Assembly: GCA_040753435.1 (NCBI GenBank)
Contig: JBFMEN010000058.1
Span: forward strand, 18,817-82,816
Reading direction: 5' to 3'
Source: Candidatus Omnitrophota bacterium
Lineage (GTDB): Bacteria; Omnitrophota; Gorgyraeia; Zapsychrales; JANLHA01
Length of the DNA stretch: 64,000 nucleotides
Numbering within the stretch: position 1 is the stretch's first letter; each line of letters begins with the position of its first letter. A model generated the notes under the pieces. The model searched no databases, was not told where the DNA came from, and was given only the letters and a program-made list of their open reading frames with translations. The position numbers and the translations under genes were made by a program. Shown in pieces: positions 46,893 to 57,641 of the stretch.

Positions 46893-47948
46893 ATGTTCGA
46901 TATCGGATTTTATCAGAAAATTTATGATTTAAAATACCGTCTGATGGGCGGGGAAAAGGTCGGCCGTGATTTTCTGTGGGAGATGCTGGAACAGAGCCGT
47001 TCCAGAACGCCGGTAGTTTATAATATTGAAACGACGAACGCCTGTAACATGAAATGCGCGATGTGTCCCCGGACAACGATGATGACCCGCAAGATAGAGA
47101 CAATGTCTCTGGGCCTCTTTGAGAAAGTCGTTGATCAGCTTTCGGCGTTTTCAAATGATGAATGGGGGCGCTGGCAGGACTTCGCGGAAGCAAAGTACAA
47201 GGTCAGCCGTCAGGGAATGAGCGAAAACCATTTCTTTCTTTATGTGATCCCCAAAGTAATCGTGCTGCATGGTTATGGGGATCCGTTGCTAGATAAATAT
47301 ATGCCTGAAAGGGTGAAGATGCTGACGGAGAGGGGAATAGAGTCATATTTCAGCTGCAATCCGGCCAACATCAGTATTGATAAAACTCTTGAGATGTTTG
47401 AGAACGGATTGGGCTATATTAAATATTCGGTTGAGAGTGTTGACGACATGAAACATAAAAAGATCAGGGGAGAGGCTTCTGATTTCTCTAAAAGTTATGA
47501 AAAGATATGCCGTTTGCTGAAATACAAGAAGGACAAAATGTATAAGACCGCGATTGTGATTACCATGCTTAACCTTTATGGAAAAAATCAGGAGGCGGAG
47601 TTCGTGGAGCTTAAGAAAGCGTTTGAAGGCCAGGATGTGTATCTCTATTTAAAAAGTCAGGATCAGCAATGGTATCAGAAAGAATATTACGGAACGAAAT
47701 CGATTCACTGGCTTGAATTCTGTCAGTTCCCCTGGTCATCTATGACGGTCAAATCAAATGGCGAAGCCGCCATGTGCGTCGAAGATTTCAACAATGAAAT
47801 TATTTTGGGGGATTGCGGCCGCGAAACCCTGGCAGATATCTGGAACGGGCCGCGTTATGAGCGGCTGAGGAGAGACCATTTTAATAAAACCCCGGGGATT
47901 AAGTGCACCGAGCAATGCGATATGAAATTATTTAACAGTTGTTTTTAA
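46893..47948 (+). CDS. radical SAM/SPASM(twitch) protein
   Basis: IETTNACNMKCAMC, HGYGDPLL, CQFPW..NGEAAMCVED..IWNG..CTEQC. Confidence 0.87.
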   Translation: MFDIGFYQKIYDLKYRLMGGEKVGRDFLWEMLEQSRSRTPVVYNIETTNACNMKCAMCPRTTMMTRKIETMSLGLFEKVVDQLSAFSNDEWGRWQDFAEAKYKVSRQGMSENHFFLYVIPKVIVLHGYGDPLLDKYMPERVKMLTERGIESYFSCNPANISIDKTLEMFENGLGYIKYSVESVDDMKHKKIRGEASDFSKSYEKICRLLKYKKDKMYKTAIVITMLNLYGKNQEAEFVELKKAFEGQDVYLYLKSQDQQWYQKEYYGTKSIHWLEFCQFPWSSMTVKSNGEAAMCVEDFNNEIILGDCGRETLADIWNGPRYERLRRDHFNKTPGIKCTEQCDMKLFNSCF

Positions 47949-47968
47949 AGTAATAACCGGAGAAAAAA

Positions 47969-48829
47969 ATGAAATTTTCGGAACTCAAAAGTTTGTATCT
48001 TATTGCAGAGATCGGGATTAATCATAACGGCGATATGCAGATCGCCAAGAAACTGATCGATGCCACTCATGCATGTTCATGGCACTGCGTCAAGTTTCAA
48101 AAACGTAATCCGGACGTATGCGTTCCGGAAGATCAAAAGAATGTAATGAGGGATACGCCCTGGGGACGAATGACATATCTGGAATACAAGTACCGCATGG
48201 AGTTCGGTAAGGAGGAGTACGATTACATTGACAAGTACTGCCGTGAAAAGCCCATCTCCTGGACGGCATCGGTATGGGATATGGACAGCCTCGGGTTTCT
48301 TTTGAATTACGATGTCCCGTTCATAAAGATCCCGTCCGCTCATTTGACGAACAAAGAGATGCTGGAGGCGTGCGGGAAGTCGGGCAAATCAATAATCCTC
48401 TCAACCGGGATGTCCACTCTCGATGAAATCGATTCGGCCGTGGATCTTTTAAGAAAACTCGATGTGGACTTTTTGCTGATGCACACTAATTCCAGTTATC
48501 CCACGCCCACCAATGAATTAAATCTTAACTGTATCAAAACTTTACGTGAACGATACGGCTGTGAGATCGGCTACAGCGGGCATGAGTATGGTTTGGAACC
48601 GACTGTTTTTGCCGCTGTTCTCGGAGCGAAAGTCATCGAGCGCCATATTACTCTCGATCATGAAATGTGGGGGACCGATCAGAAGGCCAGTATCGCTCCT
48701 ATGGGCATGGATATGCTTTATAAGCGTATCAGAGATGTTTCGGCCATTTTAGGGGATGGCCTGAAAAGGGTCACGGAGAGTGAGATTTCCGTCATTCAGC
48801 GGTTGAGAGGAAATACCATTAAAAAATGA
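47969..48829 (+). CDS. NeuB-family ulosonate synthase (short, no SAF domain)
   Basis: IAEIGINHNGD, VKFQKR, KIPS, LSTGM, GYSGHE, IERHITLD. Confidence 0.9.
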   Translation: MKFSELKSLYLIAEIGINHNGDMQIAKKLIDATHACSWHCVKFQKRNPDVCVPEDQKNVMRDTPWGRMTYLEYKYRMEFGKEEYDYIDKYCREKPISWTASVWDMDSLGFLLNYDVPFIKIPSAHLTNKEMLEACGKSGKSIILSTGMSTLDEIDSAVDLLRKLDVDFLLMHTNSSYPTPTNELNLNCIKTLRERYGCEIGYSGHEYGLEPTVFAAVLGAKVIERHITLDHEMWGTDQKASIAPMGMDMLYKRIRDVSAILGDGLKRVTESEISVIQRLRGNTIKK

Positions 48830-50313
48830 AAGAAAAAAGAGATTTTATAGTGATCGGATTAGGCAATATTCTGCATACTCTGATAGTATTCGCCTCGATC
48901 CGTTTAATGACATTTTTCCTTTCGCCAAAAGAGATGGGGGAATATTCATTATTTTATGCTTTCGGCACCATGTTTTTTTCATTGTTCATTGTTCCGGCGT
49001 CACTTTACATGCAGCGAAAGGTATTGGAATGGGCGGAAGCCGGCACACTCGCGGCGTATACTCAAAAGTTTTTGATTTATCTTTCAGCCGTCGGGATTTT
49101 ATCCGGGGCCCTGGCAGTCTTGATAAAAATTGTATTTGATATTGCCCTGCCTTTTTCTAACAGCACGTTTTTTATCCTGGTGAGCGCGGTCACTGTTTTC
49201 ATGAACGGCAACGCTTTTTTTTTCAGCACGTTCAATCTGTTTCAGATGCGGTTCAAATATGTGATATTTTCTTCGTTGACGGCCCTGTTCATTTTTATCG
49301 GAGGTGCAGTTTTCGTATTTTCCTTCGGCAGAAATTCTTTTAACTGGATATCCGGCCAGGTTGTCGGTCATCTTTTGATGATGGCGTTAAGCGGCATCCT
49401 TTTTTTCCGTTTTATATCATCAAAAGAGAGCAGGAAAGGTCTATGGACATGGTCGCGAAATAAAGAAGATATTTCTGGTTTTTTAACTTTTGTTTTTCCA
49501 GTCGTAGCCGGAAGTTTTGTTCTGTGGATTCAAAGCGAATCTTACCGGTTTTTCCTTGGAAGGTTGGCGGGAGTAGAAATGCTGGGGCTTTTTTCTGTAG
49601 GCTTCACCATGGCCAACCGGGTGGTTGAAAAGTTTGATACACAGTTCTCCAATTTTTATAATCCGATTTTTTATAAAGATATTATTGCCAATGACAGTGA
49701 TGAGCAGAAGATAAAGGCATGGGCCAATTACGCTCAAATGTACATCCCCTCGATCTTGATCGCCGTGCTGTTCGTCTTTTCTTCTGCGTCTTTGCTGGAA
49801 AAGATCCTCATCGACCCGCAGTATCACGGGGTTTCCGTAGAAACAATCCGCTGGGGAAGTGTGGTCATGGGACTTTTTTCTCTTTTGTCGTTGTACCGGA
49901 TGATCGGTATCGCCAAATTAAAAATGGAAGGAATTCTTATCCCCTATATTCTTGGCGCTGCCGTGATGACTTTTTCCATCGTTTTTCTGGCGCCTCTTGC
50001 GCCTGTCACGGGAACAGGCTTTTCAATGGCGGCAGGCGCCTTTGTCTCTACCTTCACATTGCATATTGAAATGAAGAAGATCCTTCCCGTAAGGTTTCCA
50101 AAGAAGATGTTATTGAAGACATCGCTTTTTTCCGTCCCGCTGATCAGTTATTTAATGATTGATTCCTGTGTTCCTAAAGATCTCATCAGTTGTTTGTTTT
50201 TCCTGATCGTTTTGGGAGGATATACGGCGTTTTCCATTTTCTATCTTACAAACAATGAAATCAGTTCAAGAAATCTTAAAAATAATGCGGATTTAATAAA
50301 GGTGGCGCAGTGA
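48826..50313 (+). CDS. Wzx-like oligosaccharide flippase
   Basis: About 14 TMs; LSPKEMGEYSL MOP-family start; located in glycan cluster. Confidence 0.7.
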   Translation: MKEKRDFIVIGLGNILHTLIVFASIRLMTFFLSPKEMGEYSLFYAFGTMFFSLFIVPASLYMQRKVLEWAEAGTLAAYTQKFLIYLSAVGILSGALAVLIKIVFDIALPFSNSTFFILVSAVTVFMNGNAFFFSTFNLFQMRFKYVIFSSLTALFIFIGGAVFVFSFGRNSFNWISGQVVGHLLMMALSGILFFRFISSKESRKGLWTWSRNKEDISGFLTFVFPVVAGSFVLWIQSESYRFFLGRLAGVEMLGLFSVGFTMANRVVEKFDTQFSNFYNPIFYKDIIANDSDEQKIKAWANYAQMYIPSILIAVLFVFSSASLLEKILIDPQYHGVSVETIRWGSVVMGLFSLLSLYRMIGIAKLKMEGILIPYILGAAVMTFSIVFLAPLAPVTGTGFSMAAGAFVSTFTLHIEMKKILPVRFPKKMLLKTSLFSVPLISYLMIDSCVPKDLISCLFFLIVLGGYTAFSIFYLTNNEISSRNLKNNADLIKVAQ

Positions 50314-51296
50314 ACTGTGAATCTGCCATGGTTTCAATTATCATGCCTGTTTATAATGCACGGGCTTTCATCGCTGAAAGCATTGAATCTGTTTTGGGGC
50401 AGAGTTATGGCCATTGGGAATTGATCATTGTGGACGATTGCTCCCGGGATGATACCGTTCGTATTGCCCGGCGGTATGAGGATGTGGATTCACGGGTACG
50501 GGTCGTTACGTTAACCCAGAACAGCGGCCGGCCGGCTGTTGCGCGCAATCATGGTTTGCGGCTGGCCAGTGGGCAATATGCGGCATTTCTGGATGCCGAT
50601 GATCTCTGGAATCCCGGAAAGCTCAAGCGACAGGTGGAGTTCTTTCAGGATAAACCCGGGAAGGCCCTCGTCTTTGGGAAGTTCAGGGTTATGTGCAACG
50701 ATCCCCGTTTTGACGGTAAAGAGATTGGCCCGTCAAAGGGTATAAATTGGGAAAAATCGGTTTACGAACGTTTGTTAAAGTATGATTTTATTGTGAATTC
50801 TTCCGTCATGATCGATCTGACAAATATCGCGCAAGAAGAACATTTTTTCGATGAAGATCCGAAACTGGCTTTTGTTGAAGACTGGGATTTGTGGTTACGA
50901 ATAGCCAGGAACGGTCTTTTCGGCTATATTCCTGAAACATCAGGCATTTACCGGATGCACGGGGCAAATTTTTCATTGGGCCCGGCAAGGCTGGATCGTG
51001 CAATGGCCGTTGTCGATAAACACGTCGCCAAAGGTTTTGTTGACCACGTTGCCGCCGATCGCGCCAGGGCCAATATTTTGTTCACGGTTGCCTGGAGCAT
51101 TGTTGATCAGGATGCGTCAAAGGCCGGAAAATTATTCGGGAAGGCGATGCGCCTGGCCAAAGTGTTTTCAAAGATTTACTTGATGAACGCGCTCGGACGT
51201 TTTCTTGCATTATTTCCAGGTGTGTGCGTATGGATGAAGCAGAACTCAATTGACCGCAAGGTTGGAAAATTATTTTTTAACCACCAGGATTTATAA
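50310..51296 (+). CDS. GT2 glycosyltransferase
   Basis: VSIIMPVYN, IIVDDCSRD, ARNHG, FLDADD, EDWDLWLR. Confidence 0.93.
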   Translation: MNCESAMVSIIMPVYNARAFIAESIESVLGQSYGHWELIIVDDCSRDDTVRIARRYEDVDSRVRVVTLTQNSGRPAVARNHGLRLASGQYAAFLDADDLWNPGKLKRQVEFFQDKPGKALVFGKFRVMCNDPRFDGKEIGPSKGINWEKSVYERLLKYDFIVNSSVMIDLTNIAQEEHFFDEDPKLAFVEDWDLWLRIARNGLFGYIPETSGIYRMHGANFSLGPARLDRAMAVVDKHVAKGFVDHVAADRARANILFTVAWSIVDQDASKAGKLFGKAMRLAKVFSKIYLMNALGRFLALFPGVCVWMKQNSIDRKVGKLFFNHQDL

Positions 51297-51298
51297 CC

Positions 51299-52024
51299 AT
51301 GACGGATTATAAAGAATATCTTTCACAAATAAGGTTTAATTTTCTTCAACCGCATCATGTCGTTCCGGAAAAGGCCCATAAGATTTTTTCTTTGCTGTCT
51401 AAAACAGGAATCGACCTTGAGATGGCTAATACACGTTTGCCGGATCGGTCTCTTTTGTTAAAAGCAGGATTCAAAAAACTTTGCCGTATTCCCAGAATGT
51501 CGACCTTTGCCGTCGGTGCGCTTATTCAACGCGGCGTTTTTTTAATGCCGGAGGGAAGCGCGTTTGTTAATGTGGGAGTTTGGCATGGGTTTACCCTCTT
51601 GTCCGGGATGATGGGTAATCCGGACAAGAGATGCATCGGCATTGATAATTTTTCCGAGTTCGGCGGGCCGAGAGAAGAATTTTTAAAAAGATTTTCCAGG
51701 CACAAGAGCGACAGGCATTTTTTTTATGAAGAGGATTATCGCGTGTATTTTACAAAGCATCATCAGGATCCCATCGGCTTTTATATTTATGATGGAGAGC
51801 ACAGTTATCAGAATCAGCTGGAAGGCCTGAAGGCCGCGGAACCTTTTTTGTGCAAAGGGGCCGTGATCCTGGTCGATGACACGAATTGGCCGGAACCCTA
51901 TCAGGCAAGTCTCGATTTTATCAGGCAAAGCCGGTATCGATATGAGGTGCTGTTCGATCAAAAGACAGCGGTTAAGACCCATCCGACTTTCTGGAATGGT
52001 ATTTTTATCTTTCGCAGATTATAG
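51299..52024 (+). CDS. Methyltransf_24-like SAM methyltransferase
   Basis: NVGVWHG, IDNFSEF, YIYDGEHSY, LVDDTNW, WNG. Confidence 0.78.
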   Translation: MTDYKEYLSQIRFNFLQPHHVVPEKAHKIFSLLSKTGIDLEMANTRLPDRSLLLKAGFKKLCRIPRMSTFAVGALIQRGVFLMPEGSAFVNVGVWHGFTLLSGMMGNPDKRCIGIDNFSEFGGPREEFLKRFSRHKSDRHFFYEEDYRVYFTKHHQDPIGFYIYDGEHSYQNQLEGLKAAEPFLCKGAVILVDDTNWPEPYQASLDFIRQSRYRYEVLFDQKTAVKTHPTFWNGIFIFRRL

Positions 52025-52044
52025 GATCAAACCAGGGAAGCTGA

Positions 52045-53199
52045 ATGAAAATCCTCGTTGTTCATAACCAGTATCTTTTTCCAGGGGGAGAGGACCAAAT
52101 CGTAACTTCAGAGACGGATCTGCTTAAGCGCATGGGGCATGAAGTCATCGTTTATACCAGGGCGAATGAGGAGGCCAGGAAAAAACCGGTCCGTGCCTTG
52201 ATAGAAGGGCTATTAGGGTCGCGAAAGACTTATCAGGACCTGGCCGCGTTGATTAAAGAACACCGCCCTGATGTGGCGCATATCCACAATCCTTTTTTTA
52301 TGATGACGGCTTCCGCATATGAAGCGTGTTTTGATTGCAGTGTCCCCGTCGTTCAAAGTCTTCATAATTACCGTTTCCTTTGCGCCAACGGGCTTTTGTT
52401 TTATAAGGGAAAGGTTTGCGATAAATGTCTGTCGGGAAATTATCGTCAGGCTGTTTTTTCCCGTTGTGTTCATGGTTCTCTTTTAAAGACGGCCGTTTTT
52501 AAAGGAGTTTTAAGAGTCTATCGAAAGCGGAAGATTTTACAAAAGATCAGCAGGTTTATCGCTCCGAGCAAGTTTTGTAAGGAGCTCTACTGCAGTTATG
52601 CAGGACTTGATCAGGCAAAGGTCATTGTTAAGCCTCATTTTGTTGAGGACCACGGATATTCTCAGGAACCGGGTGAGTATGCTTTATATGTTGGAGCCAT
52701 TCGCGAGTATAAAGGAGTGGAGATTCTATTGCGGGCGTGGCAGTCGGTTAAGTCGATTCCTTTAAAATTAGTCGGAGCTATTCCTTCCGGAAATATATTT
52801 TCAGAAGAGTTGATGAAACAGGAGAATGTCGAATTTCTTGGCGAATTGTCATTTAAAGAGACATTGGCGGTGATGCGGAAGGCATCATTTGTTATTGTTC
52901 CGTCGCTATGTTATGAGACGTTCAACCGCGTTATCATTGAAGCCTATGCTTTGGGGAAAACGGTCATTGCAAGCAACATCGGCGCCATTCGTGAACGGGT
53001 CGCTGACGGGGAAACAGGGCTGCTTTTTGAAACCGGCGATAGTGATGACCTTGCCAGGAAGATTGGAGAGTTAAAGGCAAATCCCGATCGTCTTAAGGTT
53101 TTCAGCGACAAGGCCCGGCGCGTTTATGAGCGCTTTTATACACCCCAGCGGAATTACGAGCAGTTGATGACCGTTTATCATCAAGCAACGGGAATGTGA
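52045..53199 (+). CDS. GT4 glycosyltransferase
   Basis: HNQY..GGE, HNYR..C, KG, PSLCYETF..IIEAYALG, GETGLLF. Confidence 0.92.
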   Translation: MKILVVHNQYLFPGGEDQIVTSETDLLKRMGHEVIVYTRANEEARKKPVRALIEGLLGSRKTYQDLAALIKEHRPDVAHIHNPFFMMTASAYEACFDCSVPVVQSLHNYRFLCANGLLFYKGKVCDKCLSGNYRQAVFSRCVHGSLLKTAVFKGVLRVYRKRKILQKISRFIAPSKFCKELYCSYAGLDQAKVIVKPHFVEDHGYSQEPGEYALYVGAIREYKGVEILLRAWQSVKSIPLKLVGAIPSGNIFSEELMKQENVEFLGELSFKETLAVMRKASFVIVPSLCYETFNRVIIEAYALGKTVIASNIGAIRERVADGETGLLFETGDSDDLARKIGELKANPDRLKVFSDKARRVYERFYTPQRNYEQLMTVYHQATGM

Positions 53200-53280
53200 T
53201 ACGGGAGGAATATTTTGATTATTATCCTGATTCTTGCTATTTTAATAATATTATTCATTTAAAATTAATCGAGGTTGTCA

Positions 53281-54702
53281 ATGGGACGTTTTGGAAAATT
53301 TTGTATCCGGATGATTTACATGTTGACTGACGCCTGTTTTGGCTATCTGGCGATCTTTCTTGCATGTTTAATCCGTTCTCACAAGGTCCCGTTTAATGTC
53401 AATCTGCATAGTGTTTTATTCGATGCGGAGAATCCGTTCAGACTTGTTTTTGCGTTGTGGCTTTTGATGGTCATTATTATAAACCGCGCCCATCGCTTAT
53501 ATCATACGGACCGGATGTCGAGTGAAATCAGTGAATTGCTGAAAGTCCTTCAGTCCAATTTCATCGGGATGGTGCTGGTTATCGTCGCCAGTTATCTTTT
53601 GAAAGTAGAGGGGCTTCCGAGAACGGTTGTAGCTATCGGATTCCTGTTGATGGCCCTGTTTTTTTCTCTGTGGCGGGTTATCAAGCGGTTTATCGTCGAA
53701 TCGCTTGTGATTCGAGGATACAATAACCGGAATGTTTTGATCATCGGCGCCGGCAAGGCGGGAAGAGGATTGAAGGAAGAAATCGAACGGTATCCTGGAA
53801 TGGGGCTGCGCGTGAAGGGATTCCTGGATGACGCTCCGGAACATGTTGATGAAGATCTGCGGGGCCTTGTTTTAGGGAAGATTATTGATTTTCGTCGTAT
53901 CGCAACCCAATATTTTATTGACCACGTCTTTGTGACGGCTTATCACACTGAAGAAGTTTTTTTAAAGCTGTTGCTGCAGGCCCGGAAATTCGGCATTGCG
54001 GTTGATGTCGTTCCATTTGGTTACCGCATGATTTCAGGGGATCTTGTGAAGCACAATATAGGATTTGTTCCGCTATTGTCATATTCTCCAAACGGAAAAG
54101 GCCAGCATAATATCGGGAAGAGAATTTTTGATTTGATCGTTGCGTGGTCAGGGTGTATCTTGCTGGCCGTCCCTTTTTTAGCGATCGGGATTCTTATTAT
54201 CCTTGATGGCGCCGGTCCTGTCTTTTATTTTTCTGAACGCTTCGGACGGGGAGGCAAGCGTTTTAAAATGATGAAGTTCCGGACCATGATTGTGGGTGCG
54301 GATCGGATGCAGGAAGAACTCCGGGAGCGAAATGAGGCGGATGGGCCCATTTTTAAAATGCGCGATGATCCGCGGGTGACCCGATTCGGAAAGTTTTTAA
54401 GGAAATACAGCCTGGATGAATTGCCGCAGCTTTTCAATGTCATTAAAGGAGACATGAGCCTCGTCGGCCCGAGACCGTTTCCTGTTGATCAGATTGAATC
54501 AAGTGATTTGCGCCAGTTGCGCCGTCTTGGTGTACGTCCCGGAATTACAGGCCTGTGGCAGGTGAAAGGACGAAGCGACGCTCCCTTCGGGCGGTTGCTT
54601 CGCTGGGACATCTGGTATATCAATAACTGGTCCTTTGGACTGGATTTAAGCATTCTCTGGCAAACAATCCCCGCCGTGGTTAAGGGAAGAGGAGCGTACT
54701 AA
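53281..54702 (+). CDS. polyprenyl-phosphate glycosylphosphotransferase (WcaJ/WbaP family)
   Basis: 4 TM plus CoA-binding-like domain, [38 protein letters not shown]. Confidence 0.92.
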   Translation: MGRFGKFCIRMIYMLTDACFGYLAIFLACLIRSHKVPFNVNLHSVLFDAENPFRLVFALWLLMVIIINRAHRLYHTDRMSSEISELLKVLQSNFIGMVLVIVASYLLKVEGLPRTVVAIGFLLMALFFSLWRVIKRFIVESLVIRGYNNRNVLIIGAGKAGRGLKEEIERYPGMGLRVKGFLDDAPEHVDEDLRGLVLGKIIDFRRIATQYFIDHVFVTAYHTEEVFLKLLLQARKFGIAVDVVPFGYRMISGDLVKHNIGFVPLLSYSPNGKGQHNIGKRIFDLIVAWSGCILLAVPFLAIGILIILDGAGPVFYFSERFGRGGKRFKMMKFRTMIVGADRMQEELRERNEADGPIFKMRDDPRVTRFGKFLRKYSLDELPQLFNVIKGDMSLVGPRPFPVDQIESSDLRQLRRLGVRPGITGLWQVKGRSDAPFGRLLRWDIWYINNWSFGLDLSILWQTIPAVVKGRGAY

Positions 54703-54708
54703 ACTGCA

Positions 54709-54743
54709 GCGAAGAGCGAGAATCGAAGAGGGATAAGAAAAGA
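54709..54743 (+). repeat. single-arm heptamer array (unit ~GCGAAGA)
   Basis: GCGAAGA-GCGAGAA-TCGAAGA-GGGATAA-GAAAAGA. Confidence 0.5.
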
Positions 54744-54767
54744 AGTTCTAAAGAAAGGAAAAGATCT

Positions 54768-55778
54768 ATGTCACAAAAAACCGCGCTGATTACCGGCGTT
54801 ACTGGCCAGGACGGATCTTATTTAACGGAATTTTTATTGAATCGAGGGTATAAAGTTTACGGGCTCATCCGGCGTTCGAGTTCTTTCAACACCGGAAGGA
54901 TCGATCATTTGTATCAGGATGTGCACATCAAGGATGCAAATTTGCGTCTTGTTTACGGCGATTTAAGCGATGCGAGTTCTTTGTCCCGTCTGCTGAAGGG
55001 TATCGACCCAGATGAGATCTACAATCTGGGCGCCCAAAGCCATGTGCGGGTAAGTTTCGATATCCCTGAATATACTGCGGATATTACAGCGTTAGGGACA
55101 ATCCGTTTGCTGGAGGCGATTCGCGACACCGGGATCAGAACTAAATTTTATCAGGCATCAAGTTCAGAGATGTTCGGCAAGGTTCAGGAAATTCCGCAAA
55201 AGGAGACGACACCTTTTTATCCACGCAGTCCTTATGGTGCGGCGAAGGTCTATGCCTATTGGATGACTGTGAATTACAGGGAGGCTTATAAGTTATTTGC
55301 CTGTAACGGCATCCTTTTTAATCACGAATCCCCAAGACGGGGGGAAACATTCGTTACCAGAAAAATTACCAAAGCGCTTGCCCGTATTAAACATGGGGTT
55401 CAGGACAAGTTGTATCTGGGAAATCTGGACGCGAAGAGAGATTGGGGCTATGCGGATGATTATGTCGAGGCTATGTGGTTGATGCTTCAAGCCGGTGAGC
55501 CGGATGATTATGTGATCGCCACGGGAGAGACACATTCTGTTCGTGAATTTTTACAAGAGGCCTTCGGGTATGCCGGACTGGACTGGAAGAAATATGTTGA
55601 AATCGATTCGAGATATTTGCGGCCGACCGAGGTTGACATTCTTATCGGTGACAGTACAAAAGCCCGGCAAAAGCTTGGATGGAAACCGCGTGTGGCTTTT
55701 AAAGAACTGGTCAAAATGATGGTTGAGGCGGACATGAGATCGGTCGAAAAAGAACTTTACGGGACGAAAAAGATGTAA
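54768..55778 (+). CDS. gmd: GDP-mannose 4,6-dehydratase
   Basis: [34 protein letters not shown]. Confidence 0.96.
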   Translation: MSQKTALITGVTGQDGSYLTEFLLNRGYKVYGLIRRSSSFNTGRIDHLYQDVHIKDANLRLVYGDLSDASSLSRLLKGIDPDEIYNLGAQSHVRVSFDIPEYTADITALGTIRLLEAIRDTGIRTKFYQASSSEMFGKVQEIPQKETTPFYPRSPYGAAKVYAYWMTVNYREAYKLFACNGILFNHESPRRGETFVTRKITKALARIKHGVQDKLYLGNLDAKRDWGYADDYVEAMWLMLQAGEPDDYVIATGETHSVREFLQEAFGYAGLDWKKYVEIDSRYLRPTEVDILIGDSTKARQKLGWKPRVAFKELVKMMVEADMRSVEKELYGTKKM

Positions 55779-55821
55779 AATCAGGCATTGCCTACCGTTG
55801 AAAGGAAGGGAATCTCTCTCT

Positions 55822-57486
55822 ATGACAGGACAAAAACTCTTCAGATTTATTTTTTCGGTTTTGATTGGCGCTGGCGTTCTTGCATTTATAAGCGGGAGTT
55901 CGCTTGCCAATAATTTATCAATCAGCAATGTCTCTTTGGAAGATCGGGATGCAGGCGGGAATACCGCGGTGGTTGAATTTGATATTTCCTGGCAAAACTC
56001 ATGGCGTAATGACATCAACCGTGACGCAGTCTGGGTTTTTTTAAAAGTCTGTAAAGGCACAGCTTGCTCACCGGATGCCAATGTGGCATGGACACACGGG
56101 ATGCTGGCTACAGCCGGCGATAACCCTGCAGATAGCGCTCCGGGAGATAACGCGGACATGAATATTTACGTGACAAGCGATCTTGTCGGGGCGTTTTTAT
56201 ATCGTAAATCATCCGGCAACGGGACAATGTCTGCCAATGATGTACAGCTGAGGCTGGATTACGGGGCTTCCCCGACAAGCGCAGGGGATACGGACCAGAT
56301 CCAGGTCAGGGTCTTTGGCATCGAAATGGTGTATATTCCGGAGGGGGATTTTTATATCGGGGATGGGAACGGGACGAGCGAGTCAACCAGTGCCTTTCAC
56401 AGCGGTACGGGGAACGCCGCGGTGCAGATTACATCGGCGTTGACCGGGGATATCAGGGTAGACGCCGGCACTTACGACGATACACAGATTGAGAATACCG
56501 GAATCGGCATCGACGGTGACGGCGGGTTGGACACGGATGACAACGGCAGCGTGGATAACGCGAATTTCCCTACCGGCTGGACAGAGTTTTATTTAATGAA
56601 GTATGAAATGAACCAGGCGCAGTACCGGGATTTTTTGAACACGCTGACCCAGGAACAACAGAACACCCGCACGGGTACAGATTTAAGTGCGGAAGGCGCT
56701 TCGGGATATTATGTAATGCACAATGCAACTACCTCCAGTTTTCGCGAGACAATAAAAGCGGGTGACGATCCTGCCGACGGCATGCCGTATACCTTTGGCT
56801 GTGATCTGAATGACAACGAGGTTCTTGATGAATATGACGACGGCGAGTGGATTGCGATGCATTATTTGACGTGGATGGATTTGTGCGCCTACGCGGACTG
56901 GGCGGGGTTAAGGCCCATGACAGAACTTGAGTTTGAGAAGGCGGCGCGCGGTTCCCGGGACGAAATTTACGGGGAATACAGCTGGGGTACGACCTCGGCT
57001 ACCCAGGCCGATAGTACGGTTGTGAACAGCGGGCAATCAAACGAGGCGGCAAGCACAACCGGCTCGGGACTGGCAAACTATAGTGCGCTGACTATTCTGG
57101 GACCATTACGGACAGGATTCGCGGCAACCTCTTCGACAAACCGGACAGGGGCCGGGGCAGGGTATTACGGAGTGATGGAGTTGAGCGGCAATATCGGAGA
57201 AAGGACAGTCACCGTGGGCAATACTGATGGAAGATCATTTGAAGGAACCCATGGGGACGGAGTGTTGACGGCAAGCGCAAGTTATGAAGGCAATGCTACC
57301 AATACTGACTGGCCCGGGATTGATGATGTCCAGGAAAGGGGCGTGACTGGCGCCAGCGGCAGCGGTATTCGGGGGGGGCAGTGGTTCGCCAATGAAGATG
57401 ACATGTACATATCGTACCGTTACAATGCGGCCAATCCAACCACGCGCACCAGCGAATACGGGGGACGATGCGCACGGGGGCTTTAA
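55822..57486 (+). CDS. secreted protein with FGE-sulfatase/C-type-lectin-fold C-terminal domain
   Basis: Signal peptide; MVYIPEG, MKYE..QY..FLN, WAGLRPMTELEFEKAAR, GYYGVMELSGN, RGGQW..GGRCAR. Confidence 0.8.
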   Translation: MTGQKLFRFIFSVLIGAGVLAFISGSSLANNLSISNVSLEDRDAGGNTAVVEFDISWQNSWRNDINRDAVWVFLKVCKGTACSPDANVAWTHGMLATAGDNPADSAPGDNADMNIYVTSDLVGAFLYRKSSGNGTMSANDVQLRLDYGASPTSAGDTDQIQVRVFGIEMVYIPEGDFYIGDGNGTSESTSAFHSGTGNAAVQITSALTGDIRVDAGTYDDTQIENTGIGIDGDGGLDTDDNGSVDNANFPTGWTEFYLMKYEMNQAQYRDFLNTLTQEQQNTRTGTDLSAEGASGYYVMHNATTSSFRETIKAGDDPADGMPYTFGCDLNDNEVLDEYDDGEWIAMHYLTWMDLCAYADWAGLRPMTELEFEKAARGSRDEIYGEYSWGTTSATQADSTVVNSGQSNEAASTTGSGLANYSALTILGPLRTGFAATSSTNRTGAGAGYYGVMELSGNIGERTVTVGNTDGRSFEGTHGDGVLTASASYEGNATNTDWPGIDDVQERGVTGASGSGIRGGQWFANEDDMYISYRYNAANPTTRTSEYGGRCARGL

Positions 57487-57550
57487 GAAACACAAGAATG
57501 AAAGAAAGTTGGTGTTTTTTCATCGCTCAAATCCGGATCATTTTCAAAAA

Positions 57551-57578
57551 TTGACAAACGAAAGGCTTTGGATATAAT
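57551..57578 (+). promoter_or_regulatory. consensus sigma70 promoter upstream of pgk
   Basis: TTGACA-16 nt-TATAAT. Confidence 0.75.
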
Positions 57579-57641
57579 ACTGAAGTTATTTTCGGCCCTT
57601 TATATTTATAATACTAACTTTATTAGGGAAAGAGGTTGTAG

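Noticed and set aside
55779-57641. Complete DGR cassette
   Set aside because: No reverse transcriptase, Avd or template repeat in the window; kept only as a possible remote target.
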